Counted from the first letter of the stretch, positions 18,901 to 28,344 are shown. The stretch: DNA of 64,000 nt from Verrucomicrobiia bacterium (GCA_019694135.1 JAIBCM010000002.1:22143-86142); one strand, 5' to 3'. Translations and numbers: made by a program. The notes: generated from the letters alone by a model not told the origin.

Positions 18901-19559
18901 ACTTGAGCGGTTTCGAGATGAACTTGATTGTCTGTATTGATTCGCGGGAAATGATTTTTTTTCACTCGAACTGTTCCACCTCCATCGGCTAAATTGGTGG
19001 TGACAAGGTAGCTAATGTAAAGTTCTGACTCGCGCGAAAGTTTGAATCCAAGATCAATCCAATCTTTCATTTCTTGGGGTGTGCTGGGTTCTAGCACGGG
19101 CATGAAAAGATGTTTGCTAAGAAAACGGGAATCGGCAGGAACTTGGGTAGAATCGCTCCAGGGATCATCGCCCATGACAACCACTACGCCTCCTTCGGGA
19201 TGAGCACCGCCAAGATTCCCTAAGGCTAAAGCATCCGACGCAACATGTACGCCTACACTTTTCATGACGGTAATTGCGCGCAACCCTAACATTTGGGAGC
19301 CGTTAACCATCGCTGCAGAAAGCGCTTCGTTATGAGCCATAATGGCTTTAATCCCATAATGTTTGGGAATTTCTTGAATCGCTTCAATCGTGTCAAAGAA
19401 TCCGGCAACGGGTGATCCGGGGTAACCCGTCCATAAATGCGTGCCGCCTTCTGTTTCCAGAAGACCTTTTACCAGGAGTTCGTTACCCAAAAAAATTTCG
19501 AGACCTTCTTCCTTAAGGAAGCGGGAGTCGACCTTAGCGAGAGAGCTGCTTTTGGCCAT
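15957..19559 (-). CDS. Indolepyruvate/2-oxoacid:ferredoxin oxidoreductase, fused alpha-beta (IorA-IorB) type, 1200 aa
   Basis: TPP-binding and ferredoxin-like Cys clusters (CPGCPH and CxxCxxC) are present. The length matches fused Ior-family enzymes. Confidence 0.7.
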   Translation of the reverse strand: MAKSSSLAKVDSRFLKEEGLEIFLGNELLVKGLLETEGGTHLWTGYPGSPVAGFFDTIEAIQEIPKHYGIKAIMAHNEALSAAMVNGSQMLGLRAITVMKSVGVHVASDALALGNLGGAHPEGGVVVVMGDDPWSDSTQVPADSRFLSKHLFMPVLEPSTPQEMKDWIDLGFKLSRESELYISYLVTTNLADGGGTVRVKKNHFPRINTDNQVHLETAQVDFENKVLLPPRTWRKEQDLPSRYERLWQSAEKYGVDQWFVPNPPSPTTKFPLVLVSSAMAYTYLQHALAELGLEDELPILKLGITYPINPEHLDKLATLSDQVVVVEERRGFIEEQLANLANQKGLPLKIHGKKFPFQLPGMPEHRGLNPSLVLEQLAPLFQKINHPIFEKKQQQIEVELALLAENAAYDVDLTPRTPTFCPGCPHRDSASVLVEVKRDFLNADYMRQKHRKNPIDLVFHGDTGCYTMLMFEPTKDLMHNYSGMGLGGGTGLGIDPFISNKQVVFMGDSTFFHSGQLAISNSVKNGQDITYIILDNKTTAMTGHQTTPGLEKDILGNDTFTQSIDKIIQAIAEQTHIEIIRVNPEARDQYRTLLEETILKDGVKIIIADKECGITYHRRNNQMERREIRQKGYLRTKRFINVTADVCENCLECTMATGCPGLTFTETNLGRKIQTDLSWCVADTACTKIYACPSFEEITIIRHEKPSPKLEALHLEDLPLPKIPSFSHSWRAYLAGVGGMGIATSTATLVRAGHREGYRVIFCDKNGLAIRNGGVYAYITYLKEGENHTSALIPYGKADLILGIDPLEAARGLDPKINQRVGSPHRTGAILNTHKTPTIYTLLGKADFCISTIEQTVRQYTHPDRYFSFNISEISEKYFGTKLYANIIMIGAAFQRGELPLSLPSLEWAIKETMGAAGTDNWKAFNLGRYVVCHQAELQAKPVKTYHDVIAEKSALLQKQGKKGQQLARTLWRLTTQAITPLHLDEEILRQFALRIYELLLYENAAYAERYIQTVHAAYQQDTAKHDYAATKAIIWNAFKVMAIKDEIYVAYLLTREEKYQLDYERYHVDPSRGDRIVYSHLNRPEFVIAGQKIKFKLRSRDWMLHLMKQAKFLRKLLPEWHKQEKQFRDWYLQLVERFTQESDDNFYSTWVEILRQPEQVSGYRDVRYPKMQAAQKRVETLMNQISSHQTVLSRSINQS

Positions 19560-19678
19560 AAGCAGACTTTATGGCAATTTAGAGGAGTGGCAACTGATTT
19601 TTGCCTTTTTAGTTTGTAATTTGATGGGTTGAAGGCTTCGAGGTTGCCCTACGCGCTTTCTTGTGTAAAATTGATGAA

Positions 19679-20803
19679 ATGATTTCAGAACGTCGTGTCG
19701 TGGTCGGTATGAGTGGAGGTGTAGACTCCAGTGTTGCGGCTTATTTGTTGAAGGCGCAGGGTTACGACGTCATTGGGGTTACGATGAAAGTTTGGCCGCA
19801 GGATTGTATGTCGCGCGCTGAAGATAAATGTTGTGGGCCTCAAGCTGTGGCCGATGCGCGTGGAGTGGCGCATGCTTTGGGTATTCCGCATTATGTGGTA
19901 GATGAAGCGGAGGCATTTGAGAAGACGGTGATTGATTATTTTGCTAGCGAATATCAACAGGGGCGAACACCCAATCCGTGTGTGATGTGCAATGAAAAGT
20001 TGAAGTTTGGCAATTTGATGGAAAAGGCAACGCGTTTGGGAGCGAAGTATATTGCTACGGGTCATTACGCGCAGATTGTTGAGGAAAGTGGGCAATTTAT
20101 TTTGAAGCGGGGCGTGGATGCAAGAAAGGATCAATCTTATTTTCTTTTTAGTTTGCGTCAGGAACAGTTAGCGCGATCGCTGATGCCGATTGGCGATAAA
20201 ACGAAAACGGAAATTCGTGCTATTGCTGAAAAATTGGGTTTGAAGGTGTATGACAAAGAAGAGAGTCAGGAAATTTGTTTTGTTCCAGGGAATGATTATA
20301 CCGATTTTTTGCGGAGCCATGTAGGGGCCGAAAATTTTCGTAAGGGAGGAATTTACGACTTGCAGGGCAACTATCTTGGGGAGCATGAGGGGATTGAGTT
20401 TTATACGATCGGTCAGCGCAAAGGATTAGGTGGGGGCAGTCAAGGTCCGCGTTATGTGGTGGATATTGATGCCAAGCAGCATCGTGTGATTGTGGGTGGT
20501 GCGAATGATTTATTACGAGATTCTTTTACGATTGGGCGTTGTCTGTGGCATTTTAAAGGATCGGTGCCAGATGCTTTTGACGTGGAAGTAAAAGTTCGTC
20601 ATCAGCATGCGAGTTGTTCTGCAACAGTTTTTCCTCAAGCCAATCAAGCGGCTTTGGTAAAATTAAAGGAACCGCAACGAGCGATAACTCCAGGGCAAGC
20701 GGCGGTGTGTTATCTCGGTGATCGAGTCATGGGGGGAGGATGGATTGAAAGAGAAGTTGCTCTTTTAGCAAAAGAAACTGCTGTTGCCACGATAGGAAAA
20801 TGA
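19679..20803 (+). CDS. mnmA: tRNA-specific 2-thiouridylase MnmA
   Basis: PP-loop motif VVGMSGGVDSSVAA plus CCG and NPCVMCN motifs. Confidence 0.85.
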   Translation: MISERRVVVGMSGGVDSSVAAYLLKAQGYDVIGVTMKVWPQDCMSRAEDKCCGPQAVADARGVAHALGIPHYVVDEAEAFEKTVIDYFASEYQQGRTPNPCVMCNEKLKFGNLMEKATRLGAKYIATGHYAQIVEESGQFILKRGVDARKDQSYFLFSLRQEQLARSLMPIGDKTKTEIRAIAEKLGLKVYDKEESQEICFVPGNDYTDFLRSHVGAENFRKGGIYDLQGNYLGEHEGIEFYTIGQRKGLGGGSQGPRYVVDIDAKQHRVIVGGANDLLRDSFTIGRCLWHFKGSVPDAFDVEVKVRHQHASCSATVFPQANQAALVKLKEPQRAITPGQAAVCYLGDRVMGGGWIEREVALLAKETAVATIGK

Positions 20804-21129
20804 GCGAGTCCATTTGCGAAGTTTGGACAACGGTGCCGAATGCGGAGGTGGGGCATCGACTGATGCAAGGAGTTTTGGAAAAAAAATTAGCTGCCTGTGT
20901 TAGTTTTTTGCCCGCTTTAGAAAGTGCTTATTGGTGGGAAGGAAAAATAGAACATGCTCAGGAAGGTTTGTTGATGATTAAGACAACGGTTGAGCACGTA
21001 AAAGCCGTTGAAGAATGGATTGCTGCCAATCATCCTTATGATTGTCCTGCTATCGTTACCCTGCCCATATTGGCAGGGTATCAAGATTATGTTTCCTGGA
21101 TTAGAGAAACAGTTTCTAAGCGGTCATAG
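20800..21129 (+). CDS. cutA: Divalent-cation tolerance protein CutA
   Basis: 109-aa CutA1-like sequence. It overlaps mnmA by 4 nt. Confidence 0.7.
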   Translation: MSESICEVWTTVPNAEVGHRLMQGVLEKKLAACVSFLPALESAYWWEGKIEHAQEGLLMIKTTVEHVKAVEEWIAANHPYDCPAIVTLPILAGYQDYVSWIRETVSKRS

Positions 21130-22075
21130 CGGTTAAGGAAACTTTTTCTGTCATGGCAAGCTCCAGTTTCTTTAGGCTCATGTTTTGGAGTTGGCGAATG
21201 CGCTCGCGAGTGACTTTAAATTTTTCTCCCACCTCTTCCAGGGTCATGGCTTTTTTACCATCGAGTCCATAACGCATGCGAAGGATGATTTGTTCGCGAG
21301 GATCTAGCATTTGAATAAGTTTCAGCATTTGCTTAGTTAGTTCTTGATTGGAAATTAAGTCATCAGGCCTACGCGTATTTTCGTCACCGATGATTTCGCC
21401 TAGCTCCGAGATGCCTTCTTCGCCAATTTTTGTGTTGAGAGAAGCAGTTTGCATGCCGGCGGTTCGAAGCCTGGCAACCTTTGTTGTTGTGGTGTGCATT
21501 TCTTCGGCTAACTCTTCGTCGGTAGGCTCGCGTCCAAATTCTTCATTTAATTGAGCGGTGATACGACGCATTTTAGCAATTTTATCAGACAAATGAACTG
21601 GCAAACGGATGGTTTTACCTTGATCTGATAAGGCGCGTCTCACAGCTTGTTTAATCCACCATGCGCCATAAGTGCTGAGTTTAGCGCCTTTTTTGGGATC
21701 AAACCGTTCAATGGCTTTAATGAGGCCTAAGTTGCCCTCAGAAATAAGGTCCAAAAGCGGAACTCCGTAATGGGCATATTCCTGAGCGATTTTGACGACC
21801 AGGCGAAGGTTGGCGCTAATCATTTTTTTGCGCGCTTCATCTCCCGAACGTATTTGTTTTTTTAGCCGAATGATGAACGTCTTATCTCTTTTAATTTTTA
21901 CGGCTTGTTTTAACTGTTTTTCAGCTTTTAACCCTTTATGAATTAATTTCGCTAATTCGATTTCTTCTTCAGCGGTTAAAAGCTCGACTTCTCCGATCTC
22001 CCGTAAATATTGTTGGAGTGGAGTGCTAAGTTCACTGCTTGATGTAGTTATTAAGCTCATTTCATCTAGCATCAT
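21116..22075 (-). CDS. RNA polymerase sigma factor, sigma-70 family group 1/2 (RpoD/RpoS-like)
   Basis: Region 2 reads DLISEGNLGLIKAIERFDPKKGAKLSTYGAWWIKQA. Region 4.2 reads TLEEVGEKFKVTRERIRQL. Confidence 0.8.
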   Translation of the reverse strand: MMLDEMSLITTSSSELSTPLQQYLREIGEVELLTAEEEIELAKLIHKGLKAEKQLKQAVKIKRDKTFIIRLKKQIRSGDEARKKMISANLRLVVKIAQEYAHYGVPLLDLISEGNLGLIKAIERFDPKKGAKLSTYGAWWIKQAVRRALSDQGKTIRLPVHLSDKIAKMRRITAQLNEEFGREPTDEELAEEMHTTTTKVARLRTAGMQTASLNTKIGEEGISELGEIIGDENTRRPDDLISNQELTKQMLKLIQMLDPREQIILRMRYGLDGKKAMTLEEVGEKFKVTRERIRQLQNMSLKKLELAMTEKVSLTAMTA

Positions 22076-22135
22076 AACACGAAATCTGAAGTTGTCTAGA
22101 AAAAACCGACCAACCGGTATTTTTTGTAAGTTTTT

Positions 22136-23074
22136 CTAATATATCGATGCTTTTTCTTTACAGGCTGACTTATAACTTAAAATAGAGGCATTTTCGAAGG
22201 GGAAATAGTATTCAAATTTTAAACCGGTTGGTCGGTTTAAATAGAGCCTAACTATTAAGTGAATGAATTTAGTTTTTTCTTCGAAATTTTCTTTTAAATA
22301 CCCATAAGCCCCTAATGGGAACTGGCATCCTCCTCCAAAACCTGCTAAAAATTGACGTTCAGTTTCTACGCAACAGCGTGTGATGGGATCATCTAAGGAT
22401 TGTGCCAAGGCTTGGCTTTGGGAGTCATGAGTGCGAGTTTGTATAGCGAGTGCTCCTTGTCCTGGAGAGGGTAGTAAAATGTCGTAACTGAGCGGAATGA
22501 TTTTGAGGTTCGAAGTTTCCGGCGATAATCTTTCTAATCCTGCTGCGGCTAAAACTAGGCCATGCCAATCGGAATTTTGTTCCAATTTTTTAAGGCGCGT
22601 GTCGATGTTGCCGCGAATTGCACTAAATTGTAAATCAGGTCGCAATCGCAGCAATTCTTGTTGTCGTCGAGGACTACCTGTTGCTAAGTGCGCATTCTTT
22701 GGCAAATCTTCAAATCGGGTTTCATATCGGGTGATTAGCACATCGTGAGCACTCGCTCGTTGTGGAATGGCAGCAATGGTAAGTTCAGGTGTTAGCTCCG
22801 TGGGTAAATCTTTTAAACTGTGCACAGCAAAATCAATTTCTTTTGTGAGTAGTGCGTTCTCCAATTCTTTCGTGAATAAACCTTTGCTTAAGGGCGTAGT
22901 CGAAGAAGTGATTGCAGATTCATTTTGTTTTTGTAGTTGATCACCTTGAGTTTTGATAAGTCGAAGTTCAAAAGTTTGACTGGGAAAGTTTTTCTGTAGT
23001 TGATCTTTTACCCAAGTGGTTTGAGCCAATGCCAAGGCGCTGCCTCGTGTCCCAATAATAAAAGGTTTCATCAA
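22136..23074 (-). CDS. hemC: Porphobilinogen deaminase (hydroxymethylbilane synthase)
   Basis: N-terminal motif IGTRGSALALAQT. Length is 312 aa. Confidence 0.85.
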   Translation of the reverse strand: MMKPFIIGTRGSALALAQTTWVKDQLQKNFPSQTFELRLIKTQGDQLQKQNESAITSSTTPLSKGLFTKELENALLTKEIDFAVHSLKDLPTELTPELTIAAIPQRASAHDVLITRYETRFEDLPKNAHLATGSPRRQQELLRLRPDLQFSAIRGNIDTRLKKLEQNSDWHGLVLAAAGLERLSPETSNLKIIPLSYDILLPSPGQGALAIQTRTHDSQSQALAQSLDDPITRCCVETERQFLAGFGGGCQFPLGAYGYLKENFEEKTKFIHLIVRLYLNRPTGLKFEYYFPFENASILSYKSACKEKASIY

Positions 23075-23079
23075 GCAGT

Positions 23080-24144
23080 TTAAGGAACCTTAGAGAATTG
23101 AGGTAAGGAAGGGCTATCAGAAGGAAAGGCCAGTTGACACCAGTTCATAAAATGTTCTACTTGTTCTTGAATAATTTTTTCCCCTTGTTGAATCGCAGCT
23201 TGACGTTCGGCGAGATTTTTATCGGCAATGGAACGGAGATCATCAATATTATAAAGATAAACGTCATCTTTTTGTGCGAGAATAGGGTCGATGTCGCGAG
23301 GGACAGCGAGATCGATTAAAAATAGCGAGCGCGCTTTTCGTTTTTCTAAAATAGGCAAACATTTTTCAGCAGTCATCACGTAATGAGGGGCGGATGTGGA
23401 ACTGATCACAATATCAGCTTCTAATAATTCTTGATCCCAATTTTCAAAAGGAACCGCTTTACCGCCTAGTTCCGTAGCAAGTTCTTGGGCGTGGTCGAAA
23501 GTGCGATTGGCTACAATTACAGCCTGAATCCCACGTGCAACTAGGGCTCGTGCAGTTTTTTCGCTGGTTTCTCCAGCGCCAAGTAATACGACTTTGCGAT
23601 GCGATAAATCGCCAAAAATCTGTGCAGCAAGTTCCACGGCTGTTGATCCCACCGAAATGCTACCGCGAGTGATGTCGGTTTGATTGCGGACTTTTTTTCC
23701 CGTTTGAAAAGCAGTTTGAAATAATCGGTGCAACGTTTTGTTGACTAACTTTAAATCATGCGCTTGGGCGTAGGCTTGTTTGAGTTGACCCAAGATTTCG
23801 GTTTCGCCCAAGACCATGGATTCCAAACCCGAAGCGACGCGGAATAGATGTTGAACAGCACGAACGCCTTTGCGAGTCCAAAATTGATCTAATCCATTTT
23901 CGCAATTTTCGTTAAGCAAAGCAAATAAACCGTGCAAATAAGTAAAGGGATTGGAATGAGTCGTCATCACACTGTAAAATTCGATGCGGTTACAAGTAGA
24001 AAGAGTCACCCAACCCTGAATGCCTTCTTGTTTTTTTAGCCAGGTGCTGATTTCAATCTGTTGCGAAGCGTTTAAAGCCAATCGTTCACGCACTTCTACG
24101 GGCGCTTCGCGATGACTCAAACCTAGACAAATAATTTCTTCCAT
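23080..24144 (-). CDS. hemA: Glutamyl-tRNA reductase
   Basis: The motif LGLSHREAPVEVRE...LSTCNRIEFY carries the HemA active-site Cys. An NADP Rossmann fold is present. Confidence 0.85.
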   Translation of the reverse strand: MEEIICLGLSHREAPVEVRERLALNASQQIEISTWLKKQEGIQGWVTLSTCNRIEFYSVMTTHSNPFTYLHGLFALLNENCENGLDQFWTRKGVRAVQHLFRVASGLESMVLGETEILGQLKQAYAQAHDLKLVNKTLHRLFQTAFQTGKKVRNQTDITRGSISVGSTAVELAAQIFGDLSHRKVVLLGAGETSEKTARALVARGIQAVIVANRTFDHAQELATELGGKAVPFENWDQELLEADIVISSTSAPHYVMTAEKCLPILEKRKARSLFLIDLAVPRDIDPILAQKDDVYLYNIDDLRSIADKNLAERQAAIQQGEKIIQEQVEHFMNWCQLAFPSDSPSLPQFSKVP

Positions 24145-24159
24145 AGCTATTTAAAAACT

Positions 24160-24942
24160 TTATGAATAGGGAATGTGTTTCGTATTCCAAAATGTTGACA
24201 ATAGTATAACATAAATCAGCAAGGAAAACAGAGCCGTTTTCTTGTTGCTCAAGCGTTGTAGCGAACTTAAGACGAGCAAGCCCAGATACAAAACCCAAAC
24301 GCTGGCCGCCCAAATTAAGATGAGCCAGTTGCGTGTTCCCCAAATAAATAATCCTGCCGTGATTCCCAAAGTTAATAATGTTAACCCGTAGGCAAGTAAA
24401 TGGCGTTGCACGCGTGCCAATTCATGAAGCGAAGGCCAACGAGCAAGCCAGCCAGTAAATTGTTTGCGTTTCAGCCAGTTTTCTTGAAGTAAGAAAACGG
24501 CGCCTGTTAATCCTGCTAAGCCTAAAGCGCCATAGGCTAAGATATTTAGGGCTGCGTGCAGTTCCAGGGCAGGATTTTTAGGAAAGCTGAGAGCCACTTT
24601 ATCAGGAATGAATAGTTGAGTTGATAGTAAAATTAAGCAAATAGCAGGTGCTGTCAAAGCTCCTAGCAAGGTCATTCGATAGAGAGGGCCAACGATCAGA
24701 TAAGCTAAACCTAAAGACCAAGCCACAAAGACCAGGATTTCAAATAAAGTTGAAACAGGGCAATGCTGAATGACATGACCCCGTTGAATCAAAAAAGTGG
24801 TATGAAACCCCATGGCCATTACGAAACAACTGAATAAAAGAGGCGTAGGCTTAAAAAGACGACTTGGCACTCGGTAAAAACTTCCGATAAAAGCTAACCC
24901 ATACCCTAACGTTGCTAAAGCAAGCCAAAACCGATCTGACAT
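24160..24942 (-). CDS. Cytochrome c assembly family membrane protein (CcsA-like/HemX-like)
   Basis: Polytopic membrane protein placed directly upstream of hemA, as in hemAXCD-type clusters. Confidence 0.55.
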   Translation of the reverse strand: MSDRFWLALATLGYGLAFIGSFYRVPSRLFKPTPLLFSCFVMAMGFHTTFLIQRGHVIQHCPVSTLFEILVFVAWSLGLAYLIVGPLYRMTLLGALTAPAICLILLSTQLFIPDKVALSFPKNPALELHAALNILAYGALGLAGLTGAVFLLQENWLKRKQFTGWLARWPSLHELARVQRHLLAYGLTLLTLGITAGLFIWGTRNWLILIWAASVWVLYLGLLVLSSLQRLSNKKTALFSLLIYVILLSTFWNTKHIPYS

Positions 24943-25020
24943 AGGATTTAATCTAGCGAAAAAAACTAATAACTAAAAGCTGAAAGCTAATGGTTGAAAA
25001 AAGTTACCCTCCGCAAGGAG

Positions 25021-25091
25021 TTGCCCGACATGGACTCGAACCATGAATAACGCCTCCAAAGGGCGCTGTGTTACCATTACACCATCGGGCA
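25021..25091 (-). tRNA. tRNA-Gln (anticodon TTG)
   Basis: I hand-folded a cloverleaf. The acceptor is UGCCCGA/UCGGGCA with the U1-A72 pair typical of Gln. The anticodon loop CUUUGGA gives UUG, the T-loop is UUCGAGU, and CCA is not encoded. Confidence 0.85.
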
Positions 25092-25096
25092 CTGTT

Positions 25097-25939
25097 TTAA
25101 CCGAGATTGACTTCGGTAATGAAAGCAGCATTGCCGAATTTCTTTTGAAATTCAAGTTTGAGTTTTAAAAAATCGCAATTTTTTTCTAGTAACCCAAACA
25201 TCGTGGCGCCGCTGCCGCTCATCATGGCAGCAAAAATGCCAGGTTGAGATTTGAGCCAGATTTTAATTTCTGGCAAAAGAAAATATTTGGAGAAAACGGC
25301 GGGTTCCAGATCGTTGCGCATTTCGCCCCATGGAAACTTTCCTTCCGCATCTCCTTTTTTTGCAGAGTGGGTGTGATAAGTTTGATAAGCCCATGCAGTG
25401 GGGACACCAAAACCGGGATTAATTAAAACTGCGCGTCTTGGTAAGTCTTCCAAATGAGAAAGAGGCGAAAGCTTCTCACCGCGTCCTTGGCAACGCGCAA
25501 CCGGTTCGCCTAGGAAGAAAGAAACATCGCTTCCTAATTGGGTGGCTAAAGCGAGGAGTTTTTCTAGAGAAAGTGGGCTTTGAAATAGTTCATTAAGCCC
25601 TTTCAAGGTATAAGCAGCATCGCTACTACCACCACCCAGTCCACCGCCACTAGGGATTTTTTTTTCTAAAACAATTTTTATGCTATCCGCAATACCAGTA
25701 TGTTCACGAAATAAATTTGCAGCTTTTACGACCAAATTATCAGCATTGATAGGCAGATTCGGGTCAGAACAAAGAAATTCCAAGTCGTGACTGGTGGAAG
25801 TTGTTTCAATAAGAAGGCGATCTTTTAGGGTGGTGCAAATCATGAGCGTGTCAATTTCATGAAAGCCGTCGGAACGTTTGCCCAGTAAATATAAAAATAA
25901 ATTGATTTTTGCAGGGGGAAAAAGCTCGAGCTTAGACAT
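25097..25939 (-). CDS. ispE: 4-diphosphocytidyl-2-C-methyl-D-erythritol kinase (MEP pathway)
   Basis: N-terminal PAKINLFLYLLGKRSDGFHEI and the GHMP-kinase Gly-rich motif. Confidence 0.85.
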   Translation of the reverse strand: MSKLELFPPAKINLFLYLLGKRSDGFHEIDTLMICTTLKDRLLIETTSTSHDLEFLCSDPNLPINADNLVVKAANLFREHTGIADSIKIVLEKKIPSGGGLGGGSSDAAYTLKGLNELFQSPLSLEKLLALATQLGSDVSFFLGEPVARCQGRGEKLSPLSHLEDLPRRAVLINPGFGVPTAWAYQTYHTHSAKKGDAEGKFPWGEMRNDLEPAVFSKYFLLPEIKIWLKSQPGIFAAMMSGSGATMFGLLEKNCDFLKLKLEFQKKFGNAAFITEVNLG

Positions 25940-25971
25940 GAGAAGACTGTTCTAGAAAAATGGGTTCAGAG

Positions 25972-26004
25972 CAATAAAAAAGCGTCCCGCCTAAGCGGGA
26001 CGCT
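25972..26004 (-). terminator. Rho-independent terminator for the 26032-27159 gene
   Basis: Perfect 10-bp stem agcgtcccgc/gcgggacgct with a 4-nt loop. On the minus strand it is followed by TTTTTTATT. Confidence 0.75.
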
Positions 26005-26031
26005 TGATCTCGTGAATGATTCGAGAAAGTA

Positions 26032-27159
26032 TTATTTACGTTCTAAAGTAAAAACGTTAGAAGTCACTGCAGTTAATTGATCTGCACTTTCGCCTCGAAC
26101 TAAAACAGTGATTTGGCCAGCAGGCAAATCAGAACCGACTTTTTTCGCTTTGAAAAAGCCGCGAGTGTTCTTTTTGTTAAGCTTGAATTTAGTCACCTCT
26201 GTGAAAGCTGCAGGGGTGTTGTTGGAAGAACCGCTAGAGATTAATGCAATTTTAACGGAGGTTAATACGTTGCTAGAGGTACTAGTGATTTTTCCCTTAA
26301 CAGTGAAAGGCTTTCCTGTCTTTCTCTTTAATGTTTTGCTAGCCTTGGGTTTGATTTTTTCAAAAGTGTAACCTTGTAATAAATCAATAGCTTGTGGTTC
26401 GCCATAAACAAAGTCGTCCATGACCACTAAGTCGTTTTGTGCGTCATCTTCGATACCCGTGCCGATTGGTCGAGTGCCACTAGTTACACGAACTCGGGCA
26501 ATTTTTTCCTTGTTAGCAGTTGTGCTAACACCGAGAAATGAAAGACCGTTGTTAGCGGGTGTGGCATTGAAGATGCCTAAAGAACCTCCCGAAGCATCAA
26601 AACATTCAATGTGTGCACTTTGTGCTTGATCAACATCTGTGAAGACGATTCCAAAACCATTAACCGCTGCAGGAGTTGTTGTCCCCGGTAAAAAGAAGGT
26701 AACATCAAACGCATTGCTGCCTATAGGGGCGAATAATCGTGTGGGTGAAAAGGTTTGGAAAATGCTAAGATAATTACTGTTGATAACGGAGAATTTTTCT
26801 CCTGGATCATTGCCTAAGATACTTACAATAAAAGGAGCGCTGGCGCTTCCGAGTACCGCACCACGAGCGCTTGTGGTATTAAAAAAATCAGGGGGTAGTG
26901 GGGCGGAAATAGGATCTGTAAAATTGACTCCATCCCAGTTAATGCGACGAAATCCGTTAGTGAAGGTGCCAGTAGCGGCGCCATTATTGGTTCCTCCCAA
27001 TGCAACGGTATTGGTAAATTGATCAAAACTGGCTTGGATAGCTGCAGCATCCGCGCCGGCACTGGTAACGACATTTAGAGCAGCCGAACTTTTGTTAAAG
27101 TGAGCAGCCGCTATGGCAAGGGTTAAAGCAAAAGCTTTAGTAAAACGAAATGTTTTCAT
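26032..27159 (-). CDS. Secreted hypothetical protein (375 aa), Thr/Gly/Ser-rich with Lys-rich C-terminal domain
   Basis: Signal peptide MKTFRFTKAFALTLAIAAA. No recognisable catalytic motif. Confidence 0.5.
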   Translation of the reverse strand: MKTFRFTKAFALTLAIAAAHFNKSSAALNVVTSAGADAAAIQASFDQFTNTVALGGTNNGAATGTFTNGFRRINWDGVNFTDPISAPLPPDFFNTTSARGAVLGSASAPFIVSILGNDPGEKFSVINSNYLSIFQTFSPTRLFAPIGSNAFDVTFFLPGTTTPAAVNGFGIVFTDVDQAQSAHIECFDASGGSLGIFNATPANNGLSFLGVSTTANKEKIARVRVTSGTRPIGTGIEDDAQNDLVVMDDFVYGEPQAIDLLQGYTFEKIKPKASKTLKRKTGKPFTVKGKITSTSSNVLTSVKIALISSGSSNNTPAAFTEVTKFKLNKKNTRGFFKAKKVGSDLPAGQITVLVRGESADQLTAVTSNVFTLERK

Positions 27160-27297
27160 AATTTATCTCCTAGGTTAAAAATTAAGTTATATCCATTTAA
27201 GGAAATATTTATTTTTGTCAAGCAACATTGGAAAGTATTGAAAAAGTCGAGAATTGCTTGCGCTTGACCCAATGTTTTCGCTAAGAGAAAGGTAGCT

Positions 27298-28317
27298 ATG
27301 ATTGTTGTATTAAAACCAAATGTTTCTAAAGACGCTGTGCGACGTGTGATCGCTGAAGTGGAAAAACTGGGGTATAAAGCGCATCCTGTGATCGGTGAGC
27401 TGCAAACCATTATCGCTGCGATTGGCGATGAGACGGCGCATCACACTTTGGAAACTTTAACGGCGTGGCCCGAAGTGGAATCCGTATTGCGAGTGCAAAA
27501 ACGTTATAAGTTAGTGACACGTGAGGGAGATCGCAAGGACACGCATATTAAAATTCAAGATCAGTGGATTGGCGCTGGCAAAAAGTTATCGCTCATGGCG
27601 GGTCCCTGTTCAGTAGAAAGTGAAAAGCAGACAATTGAAACGGCTATTGCGGTGAAGGAAGCAGGCGCTACGATTTTGCGTGGTGGGGCTTTTAAGCCAC
27701 GCACGTCGCCTTATGAATTCCAGGGATTGGGTAAAGAAGGTTTGAAAATTTTGGCCAAAGCAAAAAAAGAAACAGGTTTGGCTATTATTACAGAACTACT
27801 TTCCGAAAGTGATGCGGAATTAGTGGCGGAGTATGCCGATATTTTACAGATCGGCGCGCGAAATGCTCAGAATTTTCAACTTTTGATTCGTGCAGCGAAA
27901 ACAGGTCGACCCATTTTGTTGAAACGCGGTTTGAGTGAGCGGATTGAAGAATGGATGTTGGCAGCGGAATATATTTTGGCCAATGGTAATCCCAATGTTT
28001 TTCTTTGTGAACGTGGGATTCGCACTTTTGAAACTTTTACACGAAACACTCTAGACCTAAGCGCTGTGGCTATTGCTAAAAAGGAAACACATTTACCTGT
28101 AATTGTTGATCCGAGTCAAGGCTGTGGTCGTGCTGATTTAGTGATTGAAATGTGTAAAGCAGCTATCGCCATTGGGACTGATGGACTTTTGATTGAGGTT
28201 CACCCTAATCCTGCGGAAGCTTGGAGTGACGGTCAGCAACAGCTTGATATTAATACTTTCAAACGATTAGTAAAAGAGTTGGAGCCTTTTATTCAGGCAG
28301 TGGGACGGCCACAATAA
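27298..28317 (+). CDS. aroF: 3-deoxy-7-phosphoheptulonate (DAHP) synthase, class I-beta with N-terminal ferredoxin-like regulatory domain
   Basis: The LMAGPCSVESEKQ core matches the KDO8P/DAHP synthase family. The N-terminal ~70 aa look like the Thermotoga-type regulatory extension. Confidence 0.8.
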   Translation: MIVVLKPNVSKDAVRRVIAEVEKLGYKAHPVIGELQTIIAAIGDETAHHTLETLTAWPEVESVLRVQKRYKLVTREGDRKDTHIKIQDQWIGAGKKLSLMAGPCSVESEKQTIETAIAVKEAGATILRGGAFKPRTSPYEFQGLGKEGLKILAKAKKETGLAIITELLSESDAELVAEYADILQIGARNAQNFQLLIRAAKTGRPILLKRGLSERIEEWMLAAEYILANGNPNVFLCERGIRTFETFTRNTLDLSAVAIAKKETHLPVIVDPSQGCGRADLVIEMCKAAIAIGTDGLLIEVHPNPAEAWSDGQQQLDINTFKRLVKELEPFIQAVGRPQ

Positions 28318-28344
28318 AATTTTGCATCCTTTGCGCGCACTTTC

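Noticed and set aside
24973-25155. 60-aa ORF on the minus strand
   Set aside because: It lies entirely across the tRNA-Gln gene (25021-25091) and the ispE 3' end. It is a spurious frame.
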